Shown here one piece after another: positions 39,148 to 49,377 of a stretch of 64,000 nt of DNA. Every line of letters starts with the position of its first letter. Position 1 is the first letter of the stretch. Source of the DNA: Chloroflexota bacterium (lineage in GTDB: Bacteria; Chloroflexota; Anaerolineae; UBA7937; B3-Chlor); contig JAUVXJ010000013.1 in the NCBI GenBank assembly GCA_030603665.1, positions 23,910-87,909 of the forward strand. The letters are read 5' to 3'. The notes beneath the pieces are model-generated. The model was not told the origin of the DNA. It did no database searches and worked only from the letters and a program-made list of their open reading frames with translations. Both the position numbers and the translations under genes were made by a program.

Positions 39148-39793
39148 CCCCTCTCCTCAACTCCATCACCTTGCCCAAGACTGCCACGGCTTGCATGGCA
39201 TTCTCCGCCCACGAATCGGCGCCGATCTCCTCCGCCCAGGCATCCGTCACGGGCGTGCCTCCTACCATGACGATGAAGCGCTCGCGCAGCCCCATGTCCT
39301 TCAACAACTCGACTATCTCCTGCTGGCCGGGCATCGTCGTGGTCATCAATGCCGAGGCGCCGATGACGTCAGCGTCAACCTCCTGTGCCTTCTTGATGAA
39401 ATCGAGGGCGTTGACGTCGGGCCCCATATCGTGAACAGTGTAGCCGTTCACCTCGAGAAGCAGAGCCACGATGCTCTTGCCGATCTCATGGATGTCTCCT
39501 TCCACCGTGCCGATGACCACTGTGCCTTTCGGGGGCCGCTTCTCCTTCAGTAGCTCCAGGTGGGGAGCTACTGGCTCCAGGGCCTTCTGCATGGCCTGGG
39601 CCGCCAGCATCATCTCCGGCAGGAAGACCTCCATGCGCTCGAAACGGTCCCCCACCTCCCGGATGGCATCGGTCAAGGCATCCACCACTGCCAGAGGATC
39701 CATCTTGTCCGCCATAGCCTGTTGGGCCAGGGCCAGGGCATCCTCGTCTTCACCGTCTTCCACAGCCTGCACCAGACTCTCCAGCAAATCCAT
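39128..39793 (-). CDS. Methyltransferase cognate corrinoid protein (MtmC-like)
   Basis: FLPEMMLAA, GTVEGDIHEIGKSIV, SALMTTTM, MVGGTPVT..WAEEIGAD; overlaps the mtmB start. Confidence 0.92.
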   Translation of the reverse strand: MDLLESLVQAVEDGEDEDALALAQQAMADKMDPLAVVDALTDAIREVGDRFERMEVFLPEMMLAAQAMQKALEPVAPHLELLKEKRPPKGTVVIGTVEGDIHEIGKSIVALLLEVNGYTVHDMGPDVNALDFIKKAQEVDADVIGASALMTTTMPGQQEIVELLKDMGLRERFIVMVGGTPVTDAWAEEIGADSWAENAMQAVAVLGKVMELRRGDASATV

Positions 39794-39987
39794 CGAACCA
39801 CGCCTCCTCGCTCGTATTGCTGGTCACATTATAGGCGAATGGGAGCCCGCCAGCAATGGTCGCAGAGCCAGCGCGATCTCCCCTGGGGGCAGCGCCGCGC
39901 AATCCCCCCAGAGGATGTCGCCCTTGTAAGGGCATGGCCGGGATGGTATGATCCCTGCGAGAAAACCGCAGGGCAGGGAAGGCAGCA

Positions 39988-40863
39988 ATGGGATTCTTGG
40001 ACAGGCTCGCTACCGGTGAGACGCTCCTGGCCGACGGCGCCATGGGTACCATGCTACAGGCCGCTGGGCTGGAGAAGGGACATGCCCCCGAGGAGATGAA
40101 CCTCACTCAGCCCGACAAAGTCCTGGCCGTTCACAAGGGATACGTCGATGCTGGCTCCGAGCTCATCCTCACCAACACCTTCGGCGCCAACCGCTTCAGG
40201 CTGGAGAAGTACGGTCTGGCGGACAGAATCTATGAGCTCAGCCGTCGCGCTTCGGAAATCGCCCGAAAGGCAGGTGCCTCCTTCGTCGCTGGCTCCATTG
40301 GCCCCACTGGGGAGTTCCTCGCCCCTCTGGGCACTCTCAGTCCGGAGGACGCCAGAGACACCTTCGGTGAGCAGGCAAGAGGGTTGGCCGCCGGCGGTGC
40401 GGACCTTTTGGTCATCGAGACCATGTCCGATCTCCAAGAGGTGGAAGCGGCGGTCCAGGCCGCGCGCGAGAACACCAATCTGCCCCTCCTCTGCACCATG
40501 ACCTTTCAGCAGAAGCTGCACACGGTGATGGGGGTCACCCCCAAGGAGGCCGCAGAGAGGCTCAGCGGCTGGGGCGTAGCCGCCATGGGAGCCAATTGCG
40601 GCACAGGTCCCCAGGAGGTAGAGCAGGTGTTGGCACAGATGAAGGAGGCCGTCCCCGACGCCGCGCTGGTGGCCAAGCCTAACGCGGGGGTCCCGCGCCT
40701 GGTTGAAGGGCGCACGGAGTACGACGCGACGCCCGAACTCATGGCCGACCACGCCCTTCGCTTCGCGCAAGCGGGAGTGACCATCATCGGCGCCTGCTGC
40801 GGTTCCACACCCGAGCACATCTCAGCCATGGCGCAGGCGCTGGGCAAGTCCGCAAGCGCATGA
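39988..40863 (+). CDS. Stand-alone homocysteine S-methyltransferase domain (split MetH-type)
   Basis: DGAMGTML, TNTFGAN, AGSIGPTG, IETMSD, GANCG, PNAG, GACCG. Confidence 0.92.
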   Translation: MGFLDRLATGETLLADGAMGTMLQAAGLEKGHAPEEMNLTQPDKVLAVHKGYVDAGSELILTNTFGANRFRLEKYGLADRIYELSRRASEIARKAGASFVAGSIGPTGEFLAPLGTLSPEDARDTFGEQARGLAAGGADLLVIETMSDLQEVEAAVQAARENTNLPLLCTMTFQQKLHTVMGVTPKEAAERLSGWGVAAMGANCGTGPQEVEQVLAQMKEAVPDAALVAKPNAGVPRLVEGRTEYDATPELMADHALRFAQAGVTIIGACCGSTPEHISAMAQALGKSASA

Positions 40864-40927
40864 GGGATGCCATCCCGCTGACCGGCGGGGTTTCAGCCTG
40901 CCCGTCCTCGGCGCTTCCGGCACATCA

Positions 40928-41809
40928 CTACACGTCTGCGCTGAATGGGAGTTGTGAGACGACACCAGCTTGCACGATGACGCTCCCGTTGATGTCCCCG
41001 AAGCGGCCAAGACCAAGACTGGCGGTGTAGGTGTACTCACCAGGTGGCAACTCGATGCGGCGATTGGAGTTGGCCTCCACCGTGTACATCTGACCCGAGA
41101 TGGTGAAGGTCATGCTGGTGCCGCAGTAGTTCTGCACCTCCACCCACCCCACCGCTGGCCCGGGCTCCGCTGTCGGGCTGAAGGTAGCGGTCGGCTCTGG
41201 TCGGGATGTGGGTGTACTGGTAGGCGCTGGAGCAACGGTCTGAGTTGGCGCTGGCGGCTGAGTCGCAGTCTGCGTCGGCGCCTGAGTCGCGGTCGGCGTT
41301 GGTGCCTCTCGGACCTCGCAGCTGTCCTGAAGCACCACCCGATCACCAACCTTGACAACTAGCTCGTAGATGCCGGGCTCAAGGGGCTTCCCCTCCTTGC
41401 CGAAGATCCACTGCCACTGATTGCCCGACTCGTACTCCAAGGTTCCGTACTCTCCGTAGAAATGAGAGCCATCGTGGTAGAAGTCCCACCGGAAGCGCTC
41501 TCCCCCTTCCACATCTTCGTACGGCCAGTAAGCGTACAGTCTGGCAATGCCGTGGTCGAAGGCCATCCCCACATCCACTGGCTCTTGCTCTTGGTCGTCG
41601 AAATCGCTGCTGAAGGTCACTGGCCCGAAGGACGGCGTGCGCACAGGGCTGGGCGTGACGACGGTCGTAGGCTCGGGGTCCGCCGGCAGCGTCGCCCTGG
41701 CCGGTTCCACCGTCGGGGACGCCGCCCCTCCATCACAGGCCATCAGCCCGAGCAACATCGAGGCGGTCAAGATCAGCAACAGCGTTCTGCCCCCGCTCCA
41801 CATCAGCAA
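40928..41809 (-). CDS. Lipoprotein with Pro/Thr linkers
   Basis: Lipobox LMAC; two small beta domains separated by PT-rich linkers. Confidence 0.8.
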   Translation of the reverse strand: MLMWSGGRTLLLILTASMLLGLMACDGGAASPTVEPARATLPADPEPTTVVTPSPVRTPSFGPVTFSSDFDDQEQEPVDVGMAFDHGIARLYAYWPYEDVEGGERFRWDFYHDGSHFYGEYGTLEYESGNQWQWIFGKEGKPLEPGIYELVVKVGDRVVLQDSCEVREAPTPTATQAPTQTATQPPAPTQTVAPAPTSTPTSRPEPTATFSPTAEPGPAVGWVEVQNYCGTSMTFTISGQMYTVEANSNRRIELPPGEYTYTASLGLGRFGDINGSVIVQAGVVSQLPFSADV

Positions 41810-42074
41810 GTCTCCTTCCTATGCCCGGCACTCAACGCGTGCGCCGGTGAAGTCACCGTACGCCCATGCATGCGCAATTCTCTCACGTCTAGCTGGATTT
41901 GTCAAGCCTCGCCCGATGGTTCGCGGACTAGCCGGCCCGTGACTCCCTGTGCCTGACCATTGGGTCACACAGCAGTCCACCACGCCATGACCCGCAGTCC
42001 AAGTTGCATACTCTTGGCCGAACGGCGTAGAATAGCTATAGTGAGACCACTCCACCCGTGAGATCCCTGGCTGG

Positions 42075-42851
42075 GTGCAGCAGATGGACATTCAATGGAC
42101 GCCGGTCATCATCGGCTTCGCAACAGGCGCCCTCAGCGGCGCTCTGGTCACGTACTTCCGGCACTGGCTCGCCCAGCGTAGAGAAGCGGAGAGTCGCGAG
42201 TTCGCCAAGGGACAGGAGCGGGAGCGCATCAGGCGCGAGCACTACGCCCGCACACTGGCTTACGCCAACACCAAAGAGAGCCTGCGGGGCTGTGACCTGG
42301 CTGAGCAGGACCTGGCCGGAGTATACCTCGCCAAAGCAGACCTCCAACGCGCGACTCTCAGCGCCGCAGACCTCTCCAACTCGAACCTGGAGGAGGCCAA
42401 CCTCATCGGCGCAGACCTCAGGGGGGCAAACCTGACAGGAGCCAACCTGACGAAGACGGCGCTGGAAGGGGCCAACCTGGAGGGCGCAACCATTCGGTCC
42501 GCGGTACTCACGTACACCAACTTGGCCGGGGCCAGCCTACGACGAACCGATCTGCGCGATGCGGTGCTCGAAGATACAAACCTGGAATGGGCCGATCTCC
42601 GAGAGGCCCAGCTCCAGGGGGCGGAGCTCAAGAAAGCTAACATGAAGGCCGCGAGTCTGGAAAGGGCCAACCTCGAAGGGGCCAACCTCAAAGGGGCCCG
42701 CCTGGTAGAGGCCAGACTGGAGGGCGCGAACCTCCTGGGCGCCGACCTCAAGAAGGCGGAACTGGCAGGTGCCCATCTCAAAGGCGCGAAGCTGGATTCC
42801 ACCTCCATCATGCCTAAGGACTGGGAGACCGCCGTAGCCAGCAAGCCATGA
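42075..42851 (+). CDS. Pentapeptide repeat protein with N-terminal TM helix
   Basis: Long run of A[DN]Lxx repeats. Confidence 0.92.
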   Translation: MQQMDIQWTPVIIGFATGALSGALVTYFRHWLAQRREAESREFAKGQERERIRREHYARTLAYANTKESLRGCDLAEQDLAGVYLAKADLQRATLSAADLSNSNLEEANLIGADLRGANLTGANLTKTALEGANLEGATIRSAVLTYTNLAGASLRRTDLRDAVLEDTNLEWADLREAQLQGAELKKANMKAASLERANLEGANLKGARLVEARLEGANLLGADLKKAELAGAHLKGAKLDSTSIMPKDWETAVASKP

Positions 42852-43023
42852 GGGGAGAACTGCCTTGACTCCAGGACCCTGCTGCGAGCGCTCAGCGCTC
42901 CTCCTGGCATCATTCGCACGCTGCTCCAAAGGGTCGCGGACTGGCCCATCCAAGCTGCATACCCGTACCAGGACGCTCAGCCGGCTTTGCCTACCTATAT
43001 CGCCAGTGCCACACCTGCTGCAT

Positions 43024-43052
43024 TTGCAGCGTAGCTTTGATTGTGCTATATT
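43024..43052 (+). promoter_or_regulatory. sigma70-type promoter ahead of a long leader
   Basis: TTGCAG-17 nt-TATATT with extended TG. Confidence 0.5.
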
Positions 43053-43270
43053 GAACTAGGATGTCGGTAGGGTCCATGGCCCTGCCATCCAGCGTAGTCG
43101 GAAGAAAACGTCGAGCACATCGCCGCCAGCGCACGGGCAGTCGGTTCCGGGACCAGGCGAGAGGAAGACTAATCAAGCCGTGGCGAGCACCCTCCCGCCC
43201 CGCCCGTGCCCGTGCATTGATGAGGGAGTATGTACTCCGCAGGCAAGAGACGGAAAGGAGAACGAGAACA

Positions 43271-43417
43271 ATGGAAGGCTACTGCGTCAAGGAGAAGATG
43301 AAGCGGGAGATAGTCGATCCTAAGGAAGTCGTGCTCAAGAACGGGCGCCATGCCGTTCAAGGGACCTGTGCGGTCTGCGGCACGAAGATGACGAGATTCG
43401 TCAAGAAGAGTTCCTGA
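43271..43417 (+). CDS. DUF5679-like small Zn-ribbon protein
   Basis: RBS AAGGAG; MEGYCVKEKMKREIVDPKEVVLKNGRHAVQGTCAVCGTKMTRF. Confidence 0.8.
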   Translation: MEGYCVKEKMKREIVDPKEVVLKNGRHAVQGTCAVCGTKMTRFVKKSS

Positions 43418-43695
43418 GCCACCAAGACCAGGAGTGTTTCCGTCGGGTACTGCGGTCGGCTGAGGCGACGGGCCGGGTCAAAGGTCCATACAGCACAGCG
43501 TCGGCAGCATCTGGCGGAAACTTCCTGCGGCAAACCCAGTCCCTTCGGGATGCACGTCGCCTAGGCCTTCCCCGTCAAAGACGCCGAGCAACTGGCCTCT
43601 TTGCTGCGACCCCAGCTCACCTCGTGGACGCCGAGCCAGGCCTCCTGTTCGTACAACCAACTAGCACTAGAGATTGAAAGAGGCGATCACCAGGC

Positions 43696-44514
43696 ATGGA
43701 GCCCGCAGCCACCACGATTCGCCTCGGTGTTCAGGGGTTCAGCCCCAAGGACTGGAAAGGCACTTTCTACCCGCCCCGCTTCCCCGCGAACCAGTTCCTA
43801 CCGTTCTACGCTCGCGTCTTCGGCTCCGTGGAGATAAACAGCACCTTCTACGCCATACCCTCTACTTCCACCGTCCGGTCATGGGCCCAGCGAACGCCGC
43901 CGAACTTCGTTTTCGCCTGCAAGATGCCACAAGAGATCACCCATGACCAGCGCCTCAAGGGGCCGGCAGACCGGCTCGCCATCTTCCTGGACCAGATGGG
44001 GAATCTGGGGGAGAAGCTGGGACCGGTGGTCATCCAGTTCCCAGGCTCCTTCACCAGGCGCTTCGAGGAAAACCTACGTGACTTCCTCCCCCTGCTGCCC
44101 GAGGACGTGCGCTTCGTCACCGAGTTCCGCTCCCCATCCTGGAACGACGACGAGGTATTCGATCTCTTGCGGGAGTTCAACGTTGCCTGGTGTATCAATC
44201 ACTGGCAGGACCTGCCACCCGTGGTGGAGACAACCACGGACCTTGCCTACCTGCGCCTGGTTGGCTACCACAGGGAGTTCAAATACCTGGGGGAGGTGCA
44301 GAGGGACAGGTCAGAGGACTTGGCCATGTGGGCCAGCACGATCAAGGATCTGGCGATCCGGGTCCCGCGCGTCTACGTCTTTGTCAACAACCACTACGCG
44401 GGCCACGCCCCGGCCACAGTGAATCGACTGGCTGAGTTGCTGGACCTGCCCACCGTCGATCCCCACAGCCTGTGGCCTGACCAGACCACCATGTTCAAGG
44501 ACGAGGAGGGGTAA
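43696..44514 (+). CDS. DUF72 (YecE-like) protein
   Basis: W.G.FYP, VEINSTFY, KMPQEITH, QFPGSF, EFRSPSW, YLRLVG, YVFVNNHYAGHA. Confidence 0.9.
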   Translation: MEPAATTIRLGVQGFSPKDWKGTFYPPRFPANQFLPFYARVFGSVEINSTFYAIPSTSTVRSWAQRTPPNFVFACKMPQEITHDQRLKGPADRLAIFLDQMGNLGEKLGPVVIQFPGSFTRRFEENLRDFLPLLPEDVRFVTEFRSPSWNDDEVFDLLREFNVAWCINHWQDLPPVVETTTDLAYLRLVGYHREFKYLGEVQRDRSEDLAMWASTIKDLAIRVPRVYVFVNNHYAGHAPATVNRLAELLDLPTVDPHSLWPDQTTMFKDEEG

Positions 44515-44554
44515 GCCTCTCGCCTCTCAGTTTGGATAGCCCGTCGGATCTCCT

Positions 44555-44868
44555 CTACTCTTGGTATGGGTTAAACTGGGATTCAGGCCAGTCCCCCATC
44601 AGTCGGGTGGGGCCGAACTCCAGAATGTCGGAGACCTCCCTGAAGGCAGCGTGCTTTTCTGGGGTGGAGGTCAGATCCTCATCCAGCCGGTCGTAGGTGC
44701 CGTAGCCTTCGATCTCTCTCCAGATCTCAAGCTGATACTCCCCACCGAAGCCGAACTGCACGGCGTGGGCCCTCACAGACTTGGTGCCAGGCGCGACTCT
44801 GCCGCGTCTCCGCCCTTGTTGGGCTTGATCTTGATGCTGGTAACCTCGTAGATACGATACTTCTCCAC
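44555..44868 (-). pseudogene. Small hypothetical protein, apparently frameshifted
   Basis: Strong RBS then GTG 44868 (MEKYRIYEVTSIKIKPNKGGDAAE) stops early; the protein-like C-terminal part (PGTKSVRAHAVQFGFGGEYQLEIWREI...) is in another frame. Confidence 0.5.
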
Positions 44869-45031
44869 GGCTCGGACCTCCTCCTGCAGACATCCATTGC
44901 ATGTTATGGAGGATTGTCGGGCCGCTTCAAGTGCCAGCGAGGTGCGCCGCAGTCATCACAACCAGGTTAGGCGAACCGCCCGACCTGCCTCTGCCACACA
45001 CACTACATCACCACGTCTTGACGCAGCAGGT

Positions 45032-45349
45032 TCACTTCTCGGCAAGCGAGGCGCCACAATACTCACAGAAAGCGTTGTCCGCCGGGTTGTCCGCCCCACA
45101 GGAACCACACGAGATCAGGTCAGGCACCGCCACCGCCTTGGGCTTCGCTTCAGCGGCGGGCTTGGGTTCCACCACAACTGCCGCCTTGGGTGGACTCGCC
45201 TTCTTGGGCTCGGCCTTGGGCTTCTTGCGCCCGAAAACCACCAGCAACACGATCACCGCGCCCACTCCCAGGACTATGGGGACGCAGCAGACCGCCAGAG
45301 GCACAATCATCTGGACCAAGCCCTCAACCATATCGAAATCCATCGCCAT
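45032..45349 (-). CDS. Membrane-anchored zinc-ribbon protein
   Basis: TM helix, Lys/Pro linker, CGSCG...FCEYCG. Confidence 0.82.
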   Translation of the reverse strand: MAMDFDMVEGLVQMIVPLAVCCVPIVLGVGAVIVLLVVFGRKKPKAEPKKASPPKAAVVVEPKPAAEAKPKAVAVPDLISCGSCGADNPADNAFCEYCGASLAEK

Positions 45350-45394
45350 TCATCTCCTTTGCTGCTCGATGCGTCAATCTACAGGCGGCAGGGC

Positions 45395-46588
45395 CTATCG
45401 ATCTGCCAATGCTAGACCACAATAAGGACACGCCACCCAGTCAGGTTCGGTTGTCTTGCCGCACTGCGGACACTCAGCCGTCGTCCTGGTACCGCAGTAT
45501 GGGCAAGCCTGCCAGTCCTCCTCGATGGGCTTTCCACACTCTAGACAGGTGCCGGCAAGCGCCTCTTCCGCAGATGGTTCATCCTGCGCCGGTTCCTCGA
45601 CAGCTGGTTCCTCGACCTCTGGCTCCAGGGCCGGCTCTTCAGCCTCTCCCAGGCCATGACCGCACTTGCCACAAAACAGCACCCCTTGTCTCACAGACTC
45701 GCCGCAGTTGGAGCACTGATCTCCTACCGTCTCCTTAGCCTCCGCTTCCTCAGCGTCGAAGCTATGGCCGCACTTGCCGCAGAACTGGACACCAGATCTG
45801 AGGGGAGCACCGCATTCCGCACAGACCGCTGCCTCCTCCTCAGCCACCGCCGCTACTGCAACTTGCACCAGGGCCTTCTCCTCACTCGGTCTCTCATCCG
45901 CTGCTGCCGCAGCTGTGGCAGGTGTGTCCGTCTCCACTGCCTCGCGCCCTTCTGAGCCTCCACCTGGCGGAGTCTTGATCGCACGGCGCGTATCGTTCTC
46001 CATCAGCCACAGCTCACCTGCCGAGACAGGGATACGGCTGTCGTAAGCCTCCATCAGCTGGTCGTACAGTTCACGACCCTTTCCCCCTTGGAACTTGCCG
46101 CTCTCCGAATTCAACCACTCGAGGCCGGACAGTTCGTACTCGAAGGCTTCATCCTCCTTGCCGTCGGTGCGGGTGAGGACACCTGAGATCATGATCTGCC
46201 GACCTACGATGCCCTTCTTGAATCTGGGGCGGACCAGGCCCAAGGAGGCGTACTCTCTCTTCCTCACCGTGCCTTTCTGCCACGTACGACCTTCGGTGTC
46301 CACCGCGAACCAGTAGGAGCGACAGAGGTCGCTGAACACCGAGGCGGCCCTGTAGAAGACCACGCGGTACGGCGAGATACCCATGTACACCCCAAAGTCC
46401 TTGTTATTGCGCGTGGAGAACATCTCTGTGTCCACCTTGCCGATCCATCGCACACGCTCTCCGACAAAAGTAGCCACGGCTATCGGTTCCCCACTGCGCA
46501 GCCTGTCCCCGCGCTTATAGAATGGTGACGGAGCACCCATGGACCAGTTGTCCATCAGCTTCTTGAGTTCGGCGTGGCTTATGTCCAT
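45395..46588 (-). CDS. Multi zinc-ribbon (double ZR) protein
   Basis: RBS GGAGG before ATG 46588; four CxxCG...CxxCG units at the C-terminus. Confidence 0.85.
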   Translation of the reverse strand: MDISHAELKKLMDNWSMGAPSPFYKRGDRLRSGEPIAVATFVGERVRWIGKVDTEMFSTRNNKDFGVYMGISPYRVVFYRAASVFSDLCRSYWFAVDTEGRTWQKGTVRKREYASLGLVRPRFKKGIVGRQIMISGVLTRTDGKEDEAFEYELSGLEWLNSESGKFQGGKGRELYDQLMEAYDSRIPVSAGELWLMENDTRRAIKTPPGGGSEGREAVETDTPATAAAAADERPSEEKALVQVAVAAVAEEEAAVCAECGAPLRSGVQFCGKCGHSFDAEEAEAKETVGDQCSNCGESVRQGVLFCGKCGHGLGEAEEPALEPEVEEPAVEEPAQDEPSAEEALAGTCLECGKPIEEDWQACPYCGTRTTAECPQCGKTTEPDWVACPYCGLALADR

Positions 46589-46806
46589 CTCCGCCTCCGA
46601 TTGACCTCTGTGTAGTCCGTTGCTCGAGCTCTCTAACGCAGGTGGGAGAACTCCCAGCCCAGCCGCCCCTCCCGGCCACGCTCCGGACGCGTCCGCTTGA
46701 GTGGCGCCGCGCAGTACGGTAAGAATAGTCCAGGGCAAGGACAGATGCCACCGCGGCCCTCTCCCTGCGCGGCCTCACCCTCCTCCTCCGCCGCAGTCAC
46801 CGGCCC

Positions 46807-47874
46807 TCACATGCGCATCACTTCGGGACCAGAGGGGGTATCCCTCACCTGCCAGCCCAGCTCCGCGATGCGGTCTCGCAGTTCGTCGGAGGTGGCCCAA
46901 TCCCGCCGTTCGCGGGCCGCTTCACGCTCTGCCACCAAAGAGGCCACGTCTGGAGGAGGGTCGGAGGTCGGTTCTTCGTTTGACCCGCGATCAGCAGCGA
47001 GGACCTGCTCCCAGACATCCTGCGGTATCAACTCCTCGGGTGCTGGCAGCCGGAAAGGCCCCAACTCAGACACAGCGAACCTTTCCCCGGCCTGGTGTTG
47101 AGTCTCCTGGCCACTTCGGATCAGGGTGACGGCACCCTTCCCCATGACCTGGCATGCTCCGCTCTCCAGATCGATGATCAGCGCCGTGTGCTCGTCTATT
47201 CCGACCACCGTCACCTCACCAGGGAGCATAGCCACCAGTTCCTCAAAGCGGGCTCGCCCCATGAAACCACAGCAGGTGTCCAGCTCTGCCCCGCCTTCGG
47301 TGTTGTCCCAGTGAGACACGATGGCCAGTAAGAGGCCGTACGCCCCGAAGAGATCCAGCCCCTCGGTCCAATGCAGGTCAGCCCCCACCTTGTAGATCTC
47401 ATACACGGGAAGGGTGTGCGAGCCGCTGGCGATGGCCGCGGCGCTGCCCATAACCATCGCTGCTCCCAGTCGGTGCCGGGCCACCATCAGGCGCCAGGCC
47501 AGGCTGTTCTCCAGCTGTCGCACGGCGTAGCTGGGGCTTCCTGGTCCCCAGAAGATGTAGTTGGCATGGAGAAGAGGTGCCACTATCTCCGGTTCGTCGG
47601 GACTGAACGGAGTGCCCCGCTTGCGGGCAGGAATCACCGTCACCTGAGGATCGTAGTTCTGAAGGCTATGGCTCACGAACTCCGCCATCTTGCGGGCCAC
47701 CACATCTGAGTTAGGCTGAAAACCCGCCGGCGTCTCGAGGATCGCCATTCTGATGGGAAGCGACAGCTGGCGCATCACCCAGTCGTGAACCTTTCGGCCG
47801 CTGGGCGCGATCTCTCCCGATCCGAAGAGGACCACCAGTCCCGGTGGCCTGACGCCTTGATCTAGGTTGGTCAC
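46807..47874 (-). CDS. Peptidase S51/cyanophycinase-like protein fused to a CysS-type C-terminal domain
   Basis: LFGSGE, GPGSPSY, GSAAA, SHWDN, GIDEHTAL; tail REAARERRDWATSDELRDRIAELGWQVRDTPSG. Confidence 0.8.
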   Translation of the reverse strand: MTNLDQGVRPPGLVVLFGSGEIAPSGRKVHDWVMRQLSLPIRMAILETPAGFQPNSDVVARKMAEFVSHSLQNYDPQVTVIPARKRGTPFSPDEPEIVAPLLHANYIFWGPGSPSYAVRQLENSLAWRLMVARHRLGAAMVMGSAAAIASGSHTLPVYEIYKVGADLHWTEGLDLFGAYGLLLAIVSHWDNTEGGAELDTCCGFMGRARFEELVAMLPGEVTVVGIDEHTALIIDLESGACQVMGKGAVTLIRSGQETQHQAGERFAVSELGPFRLPAPEELIPQDVWEQVLAADRGSNEEPTSDPPPDVASLVAEREAARERRDWATSDELRDRIAELGWQVRDTPSGPEVMRM

Positions 47875-48259
47875 AGATTGAGACTCCCCTCTACTCCGTT
47901 TCTCTCAGGACGCGGGGATGATTCGCTCTCCCAGCTCCACATGTCACGGCACTTCGCTAAGGTGCTGCGCCATGCGTGAGTGCCGTCGCTCTGTTTGCAG
48001 GTGTGGAGTCAACCTCCAGCCAAACGGCCGGTGTGATTCTAGCACCTGGACTACGTGTCGGCAAACCGGAGAGGCGCCGCACTATCCAAGATGAGCGCTC
48101 TCTATCTACAGCGTGGCCGCAGCAGATGCCTGTCGCCCACTGTCGAAGGGTGCAGCGGATCGCGGCTACAAGGGGCCTCCCCTCTCCTCAAGCCCTCAAG
48201 AGATATGCCCTAGCCGAGACGTTGCTCGGACCCTCCAGTGTTGAGGGAAGTGAAAGCTA

Positions 48260-49261
48260 TCACTCACCCTGTGATTCGAAGCCCACGCTGGTCTGAGGTT
48301 GGTCATTCACTTCGAGGCGGAACACGTCGGGTCGCGAGTAGTGCCCGTCCGTGTCCAGGAGCATCTGCCCCTCGGTTACGCGGTCCAGGTCCAGCTCGGC
48401 GCAGATGATGCCTGGTTCTTCGAACACTGGCTCCACGACATACCTGTAGTCGGGGCCGATGACGGCGCTGCCCCCCTTCATCAGCAGGTCCTCGTCCTCA
48501 CCAGGTAGAGCTTCTAGCAGCTCGAGGGCCTGGGTGTCCTTCTCCCCCAGCGAATGGAAACCCTCGATGACATCTCCCTTGGTCAGCACGCAACCCGCGG
48601 CGATGACGAAGCACTGACCCTCAAAGGCGTAGTGCCTGCTGGCTAGCTGGTGCAACCCTCTCACCCAGGGCCATTGGGCGATGTGGATCGTCTCCTTCTT
48701 GGCATGCATGGCCGCCCGGGCCAAGGGCATCCAGTGCTCCCAGCAGATCAATCCTCCGAGGTTGCCCCACTCGGTCTCCAGCACGCTGAGTGTGCTGCCG
48801 TCGCCGCGACCCCAGACCAACCGCTCGGTGTAAGTGGGGACGAGCTTGCGATGGACCTTGAACTGTTCACCGTCCTTGTGGATGAAGATCATGGTGTTGT
48901 AGAGCGTGCCGCCCAGTCGCTCGTGAGCGCCCATAACCACGTAGGTACTTGTCGTGCGAGCGACCTCCATGAGCGTGTCCAGGTGCTTGCCGGGTAGAGT
49001 GATGGAATTGTCGGCCAGCAGCCGGTAGAGGGCCTTGGCCGCAGGGTGACCCCACAGCGCAGCTTCGGGCGACGAGTCGATCCACACGGGATAGCCCGGC
49101 AGCCAGGTCTCGGGGAAGACCACAAGGTCCGCTTCCTGCCCCATTGCAGCCCCCACGATCAAGGAGCATGCCTTCTCGACGCTGGCATCGAGATTGAGGA
49201 AGACAGGCGGATGCTGGATGACCGCCGCCTTCGCCAACGATGCCGTGATCGCTTCACTCAT
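48260..49261 (-). CDS. Nitrilase (carbon-nitrogen hydrolase family)
   Basis: FPETWLPGYP, HRKLVPTYTERLVWG, LICWEH, GHYSRPDVF. Confidence 0.92.
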   Translation of the reverse strand: MSEAITASLAKAAVIQHPPVFLNLDASVEKACSLIVGAAMGQEADLVVFPETWLPGYPVWIDSSPEAALWGHPAAKALYRLLADNSITLPGKHLDTLMEVARTTSTYVVMGAHERLGGTLYNTMIFIHKDGEQFKVHRKLVPTYTERLVWGRGDGSTLSVLETEWGNLGGLICWEHWMPLARAAMHAKKETIHIAQWPWVRGLHQLASRHYAFEGQCFVIAAGCVLTKGDVIEGFHSLGEKDTQALELLEALPGEDEDLLMKGGSAVIGPDYRYVVEPVFEEPGIICAELDLDRVTEGQMLLDTDGHYSRPDVFRLEVNDQPQTSVGFESQGE

Positions 49262-49377
49262 GGTTCGCCTCCAACCTTCCAGGATGTGGCCGCCTGACGC
49301 CCCTCGTCTCGGCAACCGTGTCCATTCCGAAACCGATGATGTAGGACGAGCTTGAGCTCGTCCTACGGGTGGCCGCC

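Noticed and set aside
43463..43562. Possible ncRNA (6S, SRP or c-di-GMP riboswitch) closed by AGGCGACG/CGTCGCCT
   Set aside because: Only an 8-bp stem in GC-rich DNA; diagnostic motifs are absent.
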